Notes: a model not told the origin generated them from the letters alone. 15,949 nucleotides of DNA from Candidatus Eiseniibacteriota bacterium (GCA_052390515.1 JBQTGV010000140.1:1-15949), one strand, 5' to 3'. Numbered from the stretch's first letter, positions 1 to 8,981 are shown. Translations and numbers: made by a program.

Positions 1-2367
1 TACGCTCTCCCACGGCTCGGACGCGGGAACGGCACCCGTGCTATCGGGAGGAAGATCCGTCGTATCCAGCTCGAAGGCGGGGAGCTTGCCGACGAAGCCG
101 TGATTCACGAACGAGTCGGTGAAGTGCAGGTCGATTTGCGTGAGGCCGAAGTATTCGACGACGTCACCGGACACGCACACCGAATCGCCCTCTTCCACGA
201 GACCGACCACGCTCCCGCCGGTGAACACCTGGATGCCGCGGTTCGCCGGGTCCGTCGTCCAGTGGTTCTGGATCGTGAAGATGTTGTCCGCCAGCACCCC
301 GGGCGACATGGTCACGATGCCGGCGCAGTTCCGCGGATTGCCGGAGAACGCCGAGCTGTCCTGCGTGCCGGAGATGTACGTGGACTGGATCGTCTCGATG
401 GTGACCATCCCCACGTAGAGGTCGTAGTCCCCGGTCAGGGGCGCGCGGCCGTCGAAGCCGGTGTTGTCGGTCACTTCCACGTGGTAGTTCAGATCCGTTC
501 CGGCCGGATACGGGCCGACCGCGGCCTGCCAGTTCGTGCCGGAGGTGAACACCATGTTCGTGGAGTCGTAGGTCGCGCCGTTGTTCGTCGAGAAGTACAG
601 CTTCGCCCGCGTGATCGTCCCGTTGTCGGTGATCTGCGACGACACGGTGATCGCGTTCGCCGCCTGCGGACAGATCGGGCTGTAGCGCACTAGCGTGACC
701 AGCGGCGGGCCGATGATGTCGGCGTCGTCGCGCGGCTCCAGCTTGCGGTTGGAGAAGGAGTAGTCCGCGATCCCCTGTACGGCGACGAGCGAATCACCCG
801 TGGTGGGGACGTAGTTGTAGAACGCGTCGTCATCGACCCGGCAGGTGCCGGTGGCGTCGGTGATCTCCCACTCGCCGAAGCCGAGCGTGGTGCTGCCCAC
901 GACCACGTTGTTCACCCGGACGTACACGCCCTCGTAGGTCTCGCCGATGGCGGCGCCCGTGGTCAGGCTGGACGCCCCGATGACGCTCGGCCCGGGAAGC
1001 GGCCGGTTGGAGGCCAGGATCTGCACGGCCGGCTGGCCGAAGAACACGACTTCGGTGCGCTCGAAGAACTCCTGAACCTCACCCGAGATGCGCACGCTGT
1101 CCCCACGGGCGACCTGGATCGTGGAGGTGGGGTCGAAGCAGTGCACCCCGTTCCAGAAACCGGCCGCGGACTGCACGGTGAGGAGGCCGGCGGCATACAG
1201 CCCCGGCTCCGCCGTCACCACGCCTTCGATGTTCACCGGGTTGCCGACCTCGGCGGACTGGCCGGTATCGCTCGGCGGCGAGTGGAACTGCACCGAGAAG
1301 ATGGTCTGCGTGCCCCAGCGCACGCTGCGCGTCGAGAAGTCCGGGAACTTGCTGGTGCCCGCCGGGCTGCCGCTGTCCGTCGCGTCGACGTGGTAAGTCA
1401 CGACGGCGCCGTCGAGCTGCGCGGGGATCGTTCCCGTGTACGCGTTCGGACCGCTCAGAGACATGGCGACGTTGGTCGGGGCACCCGCGTTCACCGAGTA
1501 GACCAGCGTCATCGACGCGATCCCGTCGGAGTCGGTGGCGGTGACGCTGACCTGGGCCGACTGGCTCGAGGTCGGGGAGGCCGGGTTGATGAGCATGTTT
1601 GAGAGCGCGGGGCCGGGGTTCGGGATGTTCGCCGCGCCGGGCGTGTCCGACCCGAGGAGAAGGTCCGTCGAGCTGTTGCCCGTGTCGGTCGCCGAAGCAT
1701 TCCGACCCAGCGACTCGCCCACGCCCGGGAAGGCGGGAAACGCGTCGTTGTCGCTCGTGCCGACGCCCGTGCAGACGTCCGCGGTGCAGGTCGAGTTGCG
1801 CCACTCGATGGCGTCCTGCAGTACCCCGCCCGTGCCGGGGTTGCCGTTCCAGAGCTTGAGGACTTCGTACTGGTTGAAGACCGTGTTGCAGGTCGCTCCG
1901 AATCCGTTGCCGGGCAGGAGGCGGATCTGCGTGTCGTTCGCCGGATCCTGCGCGGAGAGGAGCGTCATGTTCGGAACGCTGGGGTCGTCGAACTCGAACG
2001 TGCGGTCAGGGTCGAAGAACTCGTAGTCGGCGTCGAACCCGAACCGCTCGAGGAACCCATCCTGCTCCTGGTTCGCGGCGTCGGTATTGTCCTTCGCCAC
2101 CACCACGTAGCCGCCCGCCGGAATCGTCGCGCCCGCGGGGAACGCATAGAGGTGGTCCCCGGCGCAGCTACCCGCGAACTCCGTACCGCCGACAGTCCAG
2201 CCGGCGATGCTCACGGAGGAACCGCCCTTGTTGTGGAGCTCGATGAACTCCGCCCCGTCGAAATCGGAGCCGGGGTTCGTCAGGACCTCGTTGATCACCA
2301 CCTGGGCCGGCGCGGTCGTTGCCAGCGCGAGCACTGCTATCAGGGACCCGGAGAACTTCGAACGCAT
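1..2367 (-). CDS. Secreted LTD + repeated (Ig-like + OB-fold) protein resembling the non-catalytic part of ExeM/NucH/YhcR nucleases; 3'-partial
   Basis: Not in the ORF track. Manual translation from ATG 2367 stays open to position 1 (789 codons). SD-like GAGAGGA lies upstream. Signal peptide MRSKFSGSLIAVLALATTAPA|Q. LTD start VVINEVLTNPGSDFDGAEFIELHN...GWTV...FPAGATIPAGGYVVV. OB-fold motifs VNIEGVVTA...RGDSVRISGEVQEFFERTEV and GETYEGVYVRV...FGEWEITD...VQGIADYSFSNRKLEPRDDADI. Confidence 0.9.
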   Translation of the reverse strand, partial: MRSKFSGSLIAVLALATTAPAQVVINEVLTNPGSDFDGAEFIELHNKGGSSVSIAGWTVGGTEFAGSCAGDHLYAFPAGATIPAGGYVVVAKDNTDAANQEQDGFLERFGFDADYEFFDPDRTFEFDDPSVPNMTLLSAQDPANDTQIRLLPGNGFGATCNTVFNQYEVLKLWNGNPGTGGVLQDAIEWRNSTCTADVCTGVGTSDNDAFPAFPGVGESLGRNASATDTGNSSTDLLLGSDTPGAANIPNPGPALSNMLINPASPTSSQSAQVSVTATDSDGIASMTLVYSVNAGAPTNVAMSLSGPNAYTGTIPAQLDGAVVTYHVDATDSGSPAGTSKFPDFSTRSVRWGTQTIFSVQFHSPPSDTGQSAEVGNPVNIEGVVTAEPGLYAAGLLTVQSAAGFWNGVHCFDPTSTIQVARGDSVRISGEVQEFFERTEVVFFGQPAVQILASNRPLPGPSVIGASSLTTGAAIGETYEGVYVRVNNVVVGSTTLGFGEWEITDATGTCRVDDDAFYNYVPTTGDSLVAVQGIADYSFSNRKLEPRDDADIIGPPLVTLVRYSPICPQAANAITVSSQITDNGTITRAKLYFSTNNGATYDSTNMVFTSGTNWQAAVGPYPAGTDLNYHVEVTDNTGFDGRAPLTGDYDLYVGMVTIETIQSTYISGTQDSSAFSGNPRNCAGIVTMSPGVLADNIFTIQNHWTTDPANRGIQVFTGGSVVGLVEEGDSVCVSGDVVEYFGLTQIDLHFTDSFVNHGFVGKLPAFELDTTDLPPDSTGAVPASEPWESV

Positions 2368-2450
2368 GGAGGAATCCTCTCTCGGCGGACGGGGGCTCGG
2401 CCCCGAAACTCGGCTGCAGCGGAACGGCCGTTTCGTGCTCGAATTGACCC

Positions 2451-2467
2451 AGCAGAGGAGCATAGCA
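2451..2467 (-). promoter_or_regulatory. Candidate extended -10 promoter (TG-C-TATGCT) upstream of the 1..2367 gene
   Basis: Minus strand reads TGCTATGCTCCTCTGCT. TGnTAnnnT fits the extended -10 consensus and sits in the largest intergenic gap (2368-2574). There is no good -35 box. Confidence 0.5.
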
Positions 2468-2520
2468 GATGAAGCGGCGGGCTTCCAGACGCGGCCCCGG
2501 AAGCTCCGGACAAGGTTTGG

Positions 2521-2564
2521 GAAAGCGCTCTCCGCGCCTTCGCCCCGCACCCGCGGGGAGAGCG
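2521..2564 (-). terminator. GC-rich stem-loop after the 5'-nucleotidase stop; possible weak intrinsic terminator or mRNA-stabilising hairpin
   Basis: Inverted repeat CGCTCTCC (2526-2533) / GGAGAGCG (2557-2564) begins 10 nt after the stop. It is followed on the minus strand only by CTTTC, a poor U-tract. Confidence 0.35.
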
Positions 2565-2574
2565 ATTCGGAGAG

Positions 2575-4266
2575 TCAGGGAGTCGCGGCGGACCGGGCGC
2601 GGGCCGCCGCCTCGGCGAATGCCGGATCCGGCGCGGCGGCGTCGTCCCTCACCCAGCGGCCGTCGATCGTGGGCGAGACCGGTGAGTGTCGCGCGATCCA
2701 GTTCTCCAGCGCCTGCAGGACGGTCTTCCCGGTGTACACCTTGCTGTCCTCCGGGAGCCCGGGGAGCATGGTGAGGTCGGAGTTCCCCTGCATGAGGAAG
2801 TCGCTCGTCGCCACTCGGTAGGTGGCGTTCGGATCCCAGGGCTTCCCTCCTACCTCGAGCCGGGTGACGCGGTCCCAATCCGGACGCGTCATGTTGAACA
2901 CGACCCGCCCCCCACCGATGTGCAGGCCGTGCCGCGTCTCGGCGATGCGCGCCTCGATGATCTCGCGCAGAACCGTCCCCGGGATCTCGATCACCACGAG
3001 CTTGTTCCCGAACGGCAGCACCTCGAACACGTCGCGCGGGGTCACCGGGCCAGCGGCGAGCTCGGCGCGGATCCCGCCCAGGTTGGTGAAGGCGAAGTCC
3101 GCACCGGACTCCTCCACCATCGCGTCGCAGACCGCGTTGCCCATCGGCGTGTCGTTGTCGCCGCGGGTGAACTCGGCGCTGGCCTGTCCGATGACGCGGT
3201 CCATTCCCGCCTCCGCCTTCGCCACCTCGTCCTGCACGAAGCGGCGGACATCCGGATCCGGCCAGAACTCGTCCTCGAAGAAGGTGATCAGGTAACCGCG
3301 CTCCGAGGCGAAGCGGTGATCGAGGATCTGGTTCGTCTCCGTGTCGATCGTGAGCGTCACGATTCCCGCGCCCGAGCCTCGCCCATAGGTCTGGAACAGC
3401 AGCGTGTGCGTGTTCGGCACGACCCAGGCCTCGTCGAACCCCTTGTGGATGTGTCCGCAGAAGAACGCGTCGAGCCCCGTCACGGCATGCGCGACGTCCA
3501 TCGCCGTCGACCGCGGGTCGTCGTCGGAGGGCCACCCGTCCCGGGTCACCCGGCGGAAGTGCTCTTCCGGATCGTAGGGGATGCCCACGTGACCGACGGC
3601 GAAGATGACGTCCACGTCCTGGCGGCGAAGCTCCTCGATGGCCCGGCGCACCACCGGCGCCATCGGAGCGAACTCCAGCCCGGCGATGTTCGCCGGGAAG
3701 CTCATGTTCGAGGTCTCCGGAGTGATGAGGCCGATCACGCCGACGCGCAGGTTGCCGTAGTCCTTCACGATCCACGGTTCGACCCAGTCGACGACGTCGT
3801 CCGTGCCCTCGGAGACGAGGTTCGCGGCGAGGACCGGGAACTTCGCCCGCTCGACGAGCTCCTGGGTGTTCTCCTTGCCCTCGTCGAAATCGTGGTTGCC
3901 GAGCGCCAGGAGGTCGTAGCCCGCGGTGTTCATGAAGTCGATGACCGCGCGACCCTTGGTCAGCGTGCCGATCGGTGTGCCCTGGAACGTGTCTCCCGAA
4001 TCCACCAGGAGGAAGTGTCCGCCCTTGCCCTGCACGTCGCGCCGCAGGTTCCCGATCAGCGTCGCCATGGAAGCCGCGCCGCCGAGCCGCGGGGGGAACT
4101 CCCGGTTCATGAACGTCGCGTCGGAGGGATCGATGCCGCCGTGGATGTCGTTCGTGTGCACGACGGTCAGCTCGACGATCTCGGCCGCGGCCGGCCCGGC
4201 GAAGACGAGCACGAGCGCGGGCAGCGCGGCGGATCGAAGCACTCTCGGAAGCACTAGCCACCCCAT
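2575..4266 (-). CDS. Secreted bifunctional metallophosphatase / 5'-nucleotidase (UshA/CD73 family)
   Basis: Full metallophosphoesterase motif set: HTNDIHG, DSGDTFQG, LGNHDFD, VGHVG, CGHIH. C-terminal 5'-nucleotidase domain has TNLGGIRA, VLPFGN and ATSDFL. Signal peptide ends ...GPAAA|E. An alternative GTG start at 4254 overlaps the upstream TAG. Confidence 0.93.
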   Translation of the reverse strand: MGWLVLPRVLRSAALPALVLVFAGPAAAEIVELTVVHTNDIHGGIDPSDATFMNREFPPRLGGAASMATLIGNLRRDVQGKGGHFLLVDSGDTFQGTPIGTLTKGRAVIDFMNTAGYDLLALGNHDFDEGKENTQELVERAKFPVLAANLVSEGTDDVVDWVEPWIVKDYGNLRVGVIGLITPETSNMSFPANIAGLEFAPMAPVVRRAIEELRRQDVDVIFAVGHVGIPYDPEEHFRRVTRDGWPSDDDPRSTAMDVAHAVTGLDAFFCGHIHKGFDEAWVVPNTHTLLFQTYGRGSGAGIVTLTIDTETNQILDHRFASERGYLITFFEDEFWPDPDVRRFVQDEVAKAEAGMDRVIGQASAEFTRGDNDTPMGNAVCDAMVEESGADFAFTNLGGIRAELAAGPVTPRDVFEVLPFGNKLVVIEIPGTVLREIIEARIAETRHGLHIGGGRVVFNMTRPDWDRVTRLEVGGKPWDPNATYRVATSDFLMQGNSDLTMLPGLPEDSKVYTGKTVLQALENWIARHSPVSPTIDGRWVRDDAAAPDPAFAEAAARARSAATP

Positions 4267-5564
4267 CCGGGCAGGACCCAGGTCACCGTGCCGTAGGCCG
4301 TGACGGAGCTCTCGTCCACCAGGTCCTTCGACGACCGGCTCGTGCCGCCGAACATCGCGTCGTCGAAGAGGTCGTGGAAGCGATAGTCGCGGCTGGCGGC
4401 CTCGAAAGCAAGGTCCGCGCGCAACGGCCCGACGTCAAGCCCACCGCCCAGGGTGAACGTGGTCGTGGCCACCTCGTCGTCCTGCGGCGAGGGCAGGTAG
4501 TGGAAGCCGAAGCGGACCGGGAAGCCGTTGTAGAAGACGTGCTCCAGGCCGAAGCGGAGCTGCCACACGTCGTGCAGCGCGAGATCCGGCCACACTCCGT
4601 GGGAGAACTCCGACCACTCGGTCCAGGTGGCCTCGACGCGGACGGTCGTCTTGACCTTCGCCCGGGGACGATAGGCCAGGCCGAACCCCACCTCCTGCGG
4701 ATACGTGATCTCCACCGAGGAGCCCGGCGTTGCCGGCGCGGCGAAGTAGGCGAGCGCGGCTGCATCTCCCGCCTGGGCGATGTCGCCGTCGACCGAGGCC
4801 TCCCCGCGCCAGGTCACTCCGGCGTCGACCCGGTGATCGGGCCGCACCGAGAGCCCGACCCCGACCCTCGTGCCGGAGAAGTCCTCCACGGCGAGCGTCG
4901 ACGCCGCGACGCTGTCCGCCGGGATGAACCAGGTGCCGTGCAGCAGCTCCTGCTTTCCGGACAGCACCGCGATCGACGCGCCGACGGCCAGCCGCTCGTC
5001 CGGGGCGAAACCCGCGGCGAACGTGAGCGCGTCGAGCGCCCCGCCGGAGTGCACCTCGTTCAGCGCGATGAGCTGGTCACGGGGCTGCGTGAAGGAGTTG
5101 TTGTCCCGCACCTCCTCCGTGTAGTCGTACTGGAAGTCCCGCTCGGGGGCGAAGGAGACGCCCACGCCGAGCGCGCCCTTGGTCCACGACGCCGGAACTG
5201 CCGCGGTGACGCCGATCCCGCCGCGGTACTGGTACTCGTCGTTCAGCACGTAGATCGACTCGACCAGGAACGCGTCGAAGCTGTCGTACGCCGGGATCGA
5301 GCGCGTCTCCTTCAGCTTGAGCACGCCGCCGCCCAGGGACACGCGGGGATCCCCGATCCAGGCGAGCCGAGCGGGATTCGCCGTCCCGGTGAACGCACCG
5401 ACGTCCTCGGCCAGCCGGGTCCGCCCCAGCGCCACGGACCGGGCCTCCGGGAAGAGCGCGTCGTCCCCGGTGGCGAGCTCCAGGAACGTGAGCGCGTCGG
5501 AGCGCGCCGCCGCCAGCGCCACGCAGAGCGACAGCGCCGGGAAAGCTACGCGGAATCGCATCAT
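4254..5564 (-). CDS. Outer-membrane beta-barrel, FadL/OmpP1(PorV)-like superfamily
   Basis: Signal peptide and SD GGAGGGAGG. N-terminal EARSVALG...ANPARL motif typical of FadL/PorV-like barrels. Alternating amphipathic strands (VGFGLAYRP, VRVEATWTEWS, LRFGLEHVF, PVRFGFHY, FTLGGGL, LRADLAF). Confidence 0.75.
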   Translation of the reverse strand: MMRFRVAFPALSLCVALAAARSDALTFLELATGDDALFPEARSVALGRTRLAEDVGAFTGTANPARLAWIGDPRVSLGGGVLKLKETRSIPAYDSFDAFLVESIYVLNDEYQYRGGIGVTAAVPASWTKGALGVGVSFAPERDFQYDYTEEVRDNNSFTQPRDQLIALNEVHSGGALDALTFAAGFAPDERLAVGASIAVLSGKQELLHGTWFIPADSVAASTLAVEDFSGTRVGVGLSVRPDHRVDAGVTWRGEASVDGDIAQAGDAAALAYFAAPATPGSSVEITYPQEVGFGLAYRPRAKVKTTVRVEATWTEWSEFSHGVWPDLALHDVWQLRFGLEHVFYNGFPVRFGFHYLPSPQDDEVATTTFTLGGGLDVGPLRADLAFEAASRDYRFHDLFDDAMFGGTSRSSKDLVDESSVTAYGTVTWVLPGWGG

Positions 5565-5586
5565 CGGGTCCTCCCTCCGCGCTCGT

Positions 5587-8088
5587 TCAGAACGCGTAGT
5601 CCGCCTGGATGCGGAAGTAGTTCGTGACGTCCTTCACGTCGCCGGCGTCGACCGGTTCGCCGACCTCGGCGTTGAACTGGCGAATGTCCACCGCGGTGTT
5701 GCGCAGCTCGTTCTCGCGGACGTAACGCAGCCGGATCGTGAGACCGTCGGACACGCGGTCGGTCAGCTCCACCCAGCTGCGGTACGCGTTGCCGTCGGCG
5801 ACGCGGAACGTGCTCTTCTCGAAGAACCACAGGAATCCGTCGTACACGAAGATGCCGCCGTCCACCTTCGTCCGGCGGTTCTCGAAGTTGTGAGTGAAGA
5901 AGCCTCCGAACGCCCAGCCCGGCTCGGCGTTGTTTCCCGAGATGGGCGGCACCCCGGTGGCCACCGGCTCGCCCTGCAGACGCCCGCGGGGCGGCCACTG
6001 CGTGTAGGCCGTCGCGTACAGGAACTCCAGCTGATCGAACCGCGAGAGCCGATACTCGAGCTCGATGCGCGTCTCCACGTTGTTGAAGATGGAGCCGTCC
6101 TGCAGGTTGTCGAGCTCGCGGCTCTGCCACTTGTGTCGCAGCTTGAAGCGCAGCGGGAAGAGGATGCGGTACTCCAGCCGCCCCACGAACCGCGAGTACC
6201 GGCTCATGTCGCCCTGGCGGCGCCAAGTGTCCCACTCCACGATGGTGGTGAAGGGCTGCGCCCACTGGTAGCGAGTGTTGATGTAGAAGCCGCGCTCCGC
6301 CTGGGGCTGCGCCGACGTCTCGAAGGCGAAGCCGTAGAGCGGATCCTCCAGCCGGAAGTAGTCCTCGATGATCGTGCCCTTGAAGCGCTCGTAGTTGGAG
6401 AAGGACCGCTGGTACGGATTGTCGAAGGCCGTGTCGTAGTCGCGGTACACGGTGAGGAAGTTCAGGTTCTCGTACTGGATCCAGGAGTTGAGCACGACGG
6501 CGCTGGGGTTCGGCGTGCCGCCGAGGCCGAACGGCTTGCGCCCCTTGTCCAGCTCCGCGTACTCGCCCTGCAGCGCGAGGTTGCGGTAGACCCACTGGAA
6601 GTCCATCCCGTACACGCGCCGGTACTTGCCTTCGCTCTCGTACGACGAGAGCAGCTCCGAGTCCTGCGCGACGATGTTGTCCTCGTCGTCGTCGGCGATC
6701 AGCGGATGCTTGTCGGTGGGGTTCGAGGGGTCCCACTGGGTGTCGAAGAAGCGGTCGTAGCGGCTCTCGTACCCGCTCACCCCGACGTGACGCCCGTACC
6801 CGAAGTCGTAGCGGAGATTGCCGCCGAACGTGGTCTCCTCCAGCACGTCCTTCATCGGGCGAAGGCCCGCTGCCTCCAGCGCCTCGTCGTCGATGCGCGG
6901 CGTCGTGCGGATCAGCAGGTTCACGGACCCGTCGTCGTTGAGGATGGCGTCCCGCTCGTCGTCGGAGAAGAAGCCCAGCAGCCGGAGCGGGCCGACCCGC
7001 GCCTCGGTGGCGACGCCGCGCAGCGCGTACTCGTCGGTGCGGGACAGATCGCCGAGGATGCCGTCGTAACGCTTGGCGAAGCTGTAGCCGTGATGGCGGG
7101 CGCTGCGGAAGTCCGTGTTCTCCATCACGACGCCTTGGCCCCAGGAGATCTGGTAATTGCCCACGTAGAGCTTGTCCACGTGGACGGGGCCGAACGTCAG
7201 CCCCTTCACGCCGCCGAACGCCTTCTGCGTGTCGAGCAGATCCTCCTCCCCGAAGCGGCGCGACGTCACCGCGCCCGCCTCCAGCAGGCGGCCGTAGCGC
7301 AACGCGAGCTTCTGCGAGACCGCCGGCTCGGGGTTGTCCAGACCGAGCCGATCCCACCAGTTGTCGTTCGTGCCCTGCCCGGGGTCACGGTCGTCGCGGA
7401 GCAGATCCTCGGTGCTGTCGAAGTAGTCCGTGGTCTCGACCCGCAGCGAGTAGGCGCCGTGCAGCTCGTCCTTCTCGGCCGGCGGCTCCTCGTAGAGGAC
7501 GAAGTTGCGCATGTTGGAGTAGCCCCAACCGGTGAGGCCGGGGGCCCGGCGAAGCTCGCTCTGGTTCCCGATGCGGCCGACCTGGTCGCGGTAGCGCGCG
7601 ATGGACACCGCGTCGACCGGTGTCGCGTTCTGCAGATTCGTGAGATCCAGGACGCTCGCCTCGTTGACGTTGACCGGGTCGAGCGCCAGGTCCTTGTACA
7701 GCTCCACCAGCGACTCGTCCGTGCCCTCCGAGCCTTCCCACCATTCGAAGCGGTAAAAGAGGTCGTCCTTGCGCTGCGCGCGCTCCGACGTGTGCGCCGG
7801 CTCGACCACCACGTGCGGCCTCACCGCGGCCAGCATGGCGGGGGTGAAGCCCTCCACCTCCAGGAGGTCCTGCACGGTCGTGAACCAGTCGACGAACTCG
7901 CGGTGCTCCCAGATCCGGTCGGCCGTCTCCACCGGCACGGGAAGGGCGCGAAGCTGCTCGCGCGTGGCCCGGTTCAAGTCGAGCTTCTCCTGCGCGTTCG
8001 CCGGGAGGGCGAGCGCCAGCGCGGGCAGCGCGAGCTGCGCCAGCATGCGGAGCGCCGCCTTCGCCGCGAGGAGACCTGGCCGGTTCAC
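5587..8088 (-). CDS. Secreted protein with two ComEA-type helix-hairpin-helix (HHH_3) modules and a probable C-terminal outer-membrane beta-barrel
   Basis: GTG start with SD AGGAGG and signal peptide ...LPANA|Q. Modules KLDLNRATREQLRALP...FTTVQDLLEVEGF and PVNVNEASVLDLTNL...IARYRDQVG...SELRRAPGL. Tyr/Phe/Arg-rich strand pattern follows, ending in NYFRIQADYAF (BAM beta-signal-like). Confidence 0.85.
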   Translation of the reverse strand: MNRPGLLAAKAALRMLAQLALPALALALPANAQEKLDLNRATREQLRALPVPVETADRIWEHREFVDWFTTVQDLLEVEGFTPAMLAAVRPHVVVEPAHTSERAQRKDDLFYRFEWWEGSEGTDESLVELYKDLALDPVNVNEASVLDLTNLQNATPVDAVSIARYRDQVGRIGNQSELRRAPGLTGWGYSNMRNFVLYEEPPAEKDELHGAYSLRVETTDYFDSTEDLLRDDRDPGQGTNDNWWDRLGLDNPEPAVSQKLALRYGRLLEAGAVTSRRFGEEDLLDTQKAFGGVKGLTFGPVHVDKLYVGNYQISWGQGVVMENTDFRSARHHGYSFAKRYDGILGDLSRTDEYALRGVATEARVGPLRLLGFFSDDERDAILNDDGSVNLLIRTTPRIDDEALEAAGLRPMKDVLEETTFGGNLRYDFGYGRHVGVSGYESRYDRFFDTQWDPSNPTDKHPLIADDDEDNIVAQDSELLSSYESEGKYRRVYGMDFQWVYRNLALQGEYAELDKGRKPFGLGGTPNPSAVVLNSWIQYENLNFLTVYRDYDTAFDNPYQRSFSNYERFKGTIIEDYFRLEDPLYGFAFETSAQPQAERGFYINTRYQWAQPFTTIVEWDTWRRQGDMSRYSRFVGRLEYRILFPLRFKLRHKWQSRELDNLQDGSIFNNVETRIELEYRLSRFDQLEFLYATAYTQWPPRGRLQGEPVATGVPPISGNNAEPGWAFGGFFTHNFENRRTKVDGGIFVYDGFLWFFEKSTFRVADGNAYRSWVELTDRVSDGLTIRLRYVRENELRNTAVDIRQFNAEVGEPVDAGDVKDVTNYFRIQADYAF

Positions 8089-8099
8089 CTCTCCCCTCC

Positions 8100-8981
8100 T
8101 CAGAACGCGATCCCCACGCCGTAGTGCAGCGTGTGGTTGAGCACCGGATGGTGCGCGTAGGTGAAGTCCACGTCGGCCTTGCCGTAGGACAGCCCCGCGC
8201 CCACGTCGAACACGTTCGGCTCGGAAGACGCGCCGAATCGAAGGGCCAGCGGCTCCGCGACCCGGAACTCCACGCCCCCGCGGAACTGGATGTCCTCGCC
8301 GAGCTCCTTCTCCATCTCGAACGCGGTGATCACGCCCTCGTACGGGCGATAGGCGACGCCTCCCGAGACCCGCTGCGGCAGGTCGGTGGCGACGGGGTCG
8401 CCCATCTCCGGGTTGTTCACGTTGGTGAAGAACACGCCGGCGGTCGTCCGCTCCCGGAGCCGCGCGACGAACCCGAGATCGAGCCCGATCGTCGTCTCCG
8501 ATCCCAGGTCGAAGCCGCCGACCGAGGGTGTCGGATAGTCCAGGTTGTAGAGGTGCAGCGCGTAGCCGAAGGACAGCCCCGAGGAGATGTCCTCCATCAG
8601 CCGGAAGCCGTGCGAGACCGTCACGGTGCGCTCGATGGACAGCGTCGTGCCGTCGTTCTCCGCGCGGAAATCGGAGTAGCCGACGCCCACCGTGCCCCAG
8701 CTTCCTGCCGGGATCACCACGGAGATCGCGTTCACGCGCAGGAACTCCAGGTCGTGCGGATAGAAGAGCGACATGTAGAGCTCGTGCTCGGCGGCGTCGA
8801 CGAGACCGGCGGGGTTGTAATTCACGCCCTGGGCATCCTGGGACAGCCCGGCGTAGCTGCCGCCGAGTGCCCGGGCCCGCGGGCTCGGTTCCAGGTCCTC
8901 GAAGATCGCGCGGGCCGGCGTTCCGGAGAGCGCCACCCCGGCGACGACGAGGAGCGCCCGGCCTCCTCGGAGTGATTTCAA
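8100..8981 (-). CDS. PorV/PorQ-family (T9SS-associated-like) beta-barrel, about 293 aa
   Basis: Start revised to TTG 8981 (GGAGGT 6 nt upstream, then a signal peptide ...GTPARA|I). Motif SPRARALGGSYAGLSQDAQGVNYNPAGL. Typical later strands DLGF, GVFFTNVNNP, DLPQRVSGGVAY, FRGGVEF, LALRFG, DFTYAHHPVLNHTLHYGVGIAF with terminal Phe. Confidence 0.8.
   Translation of the reverse strand: MKSLRGGRALLVVAGVALSGTPARAIFEDLEPSPRARALGGSYAGLSQDAQGVNYNPAGLVDAAEHELYMSLFYPHDLEFLRVNAISVVIPAGSWGTVGVGYSDFRAENDGTTLSIERTVTVSHGFRLMEDISSGLSFGYALHLYNLDYPTPSVGGFDLGSETTIGLDLGFVARLRERTTAGVFFTNVNNPEMGDPVATDLPQRVSGGVAYRPYEGVITAFEMEKELGEDIQFRGGVEFRVAEPLALRFGASSEPNVFDVGAGLSYGKADVDFTYAHHPVLNHTLHYGVGIAF

Noticed and set aside
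5587-8088. Calling the HhH protein comEA and the locus a classical competence operon
   Set aside because: It is far larger than ComEA, and no comEC, comF, dprA or pilin genes are in the window. The nucleotidase and ABC context favours nutrition, although a role in transformation is not excluded.
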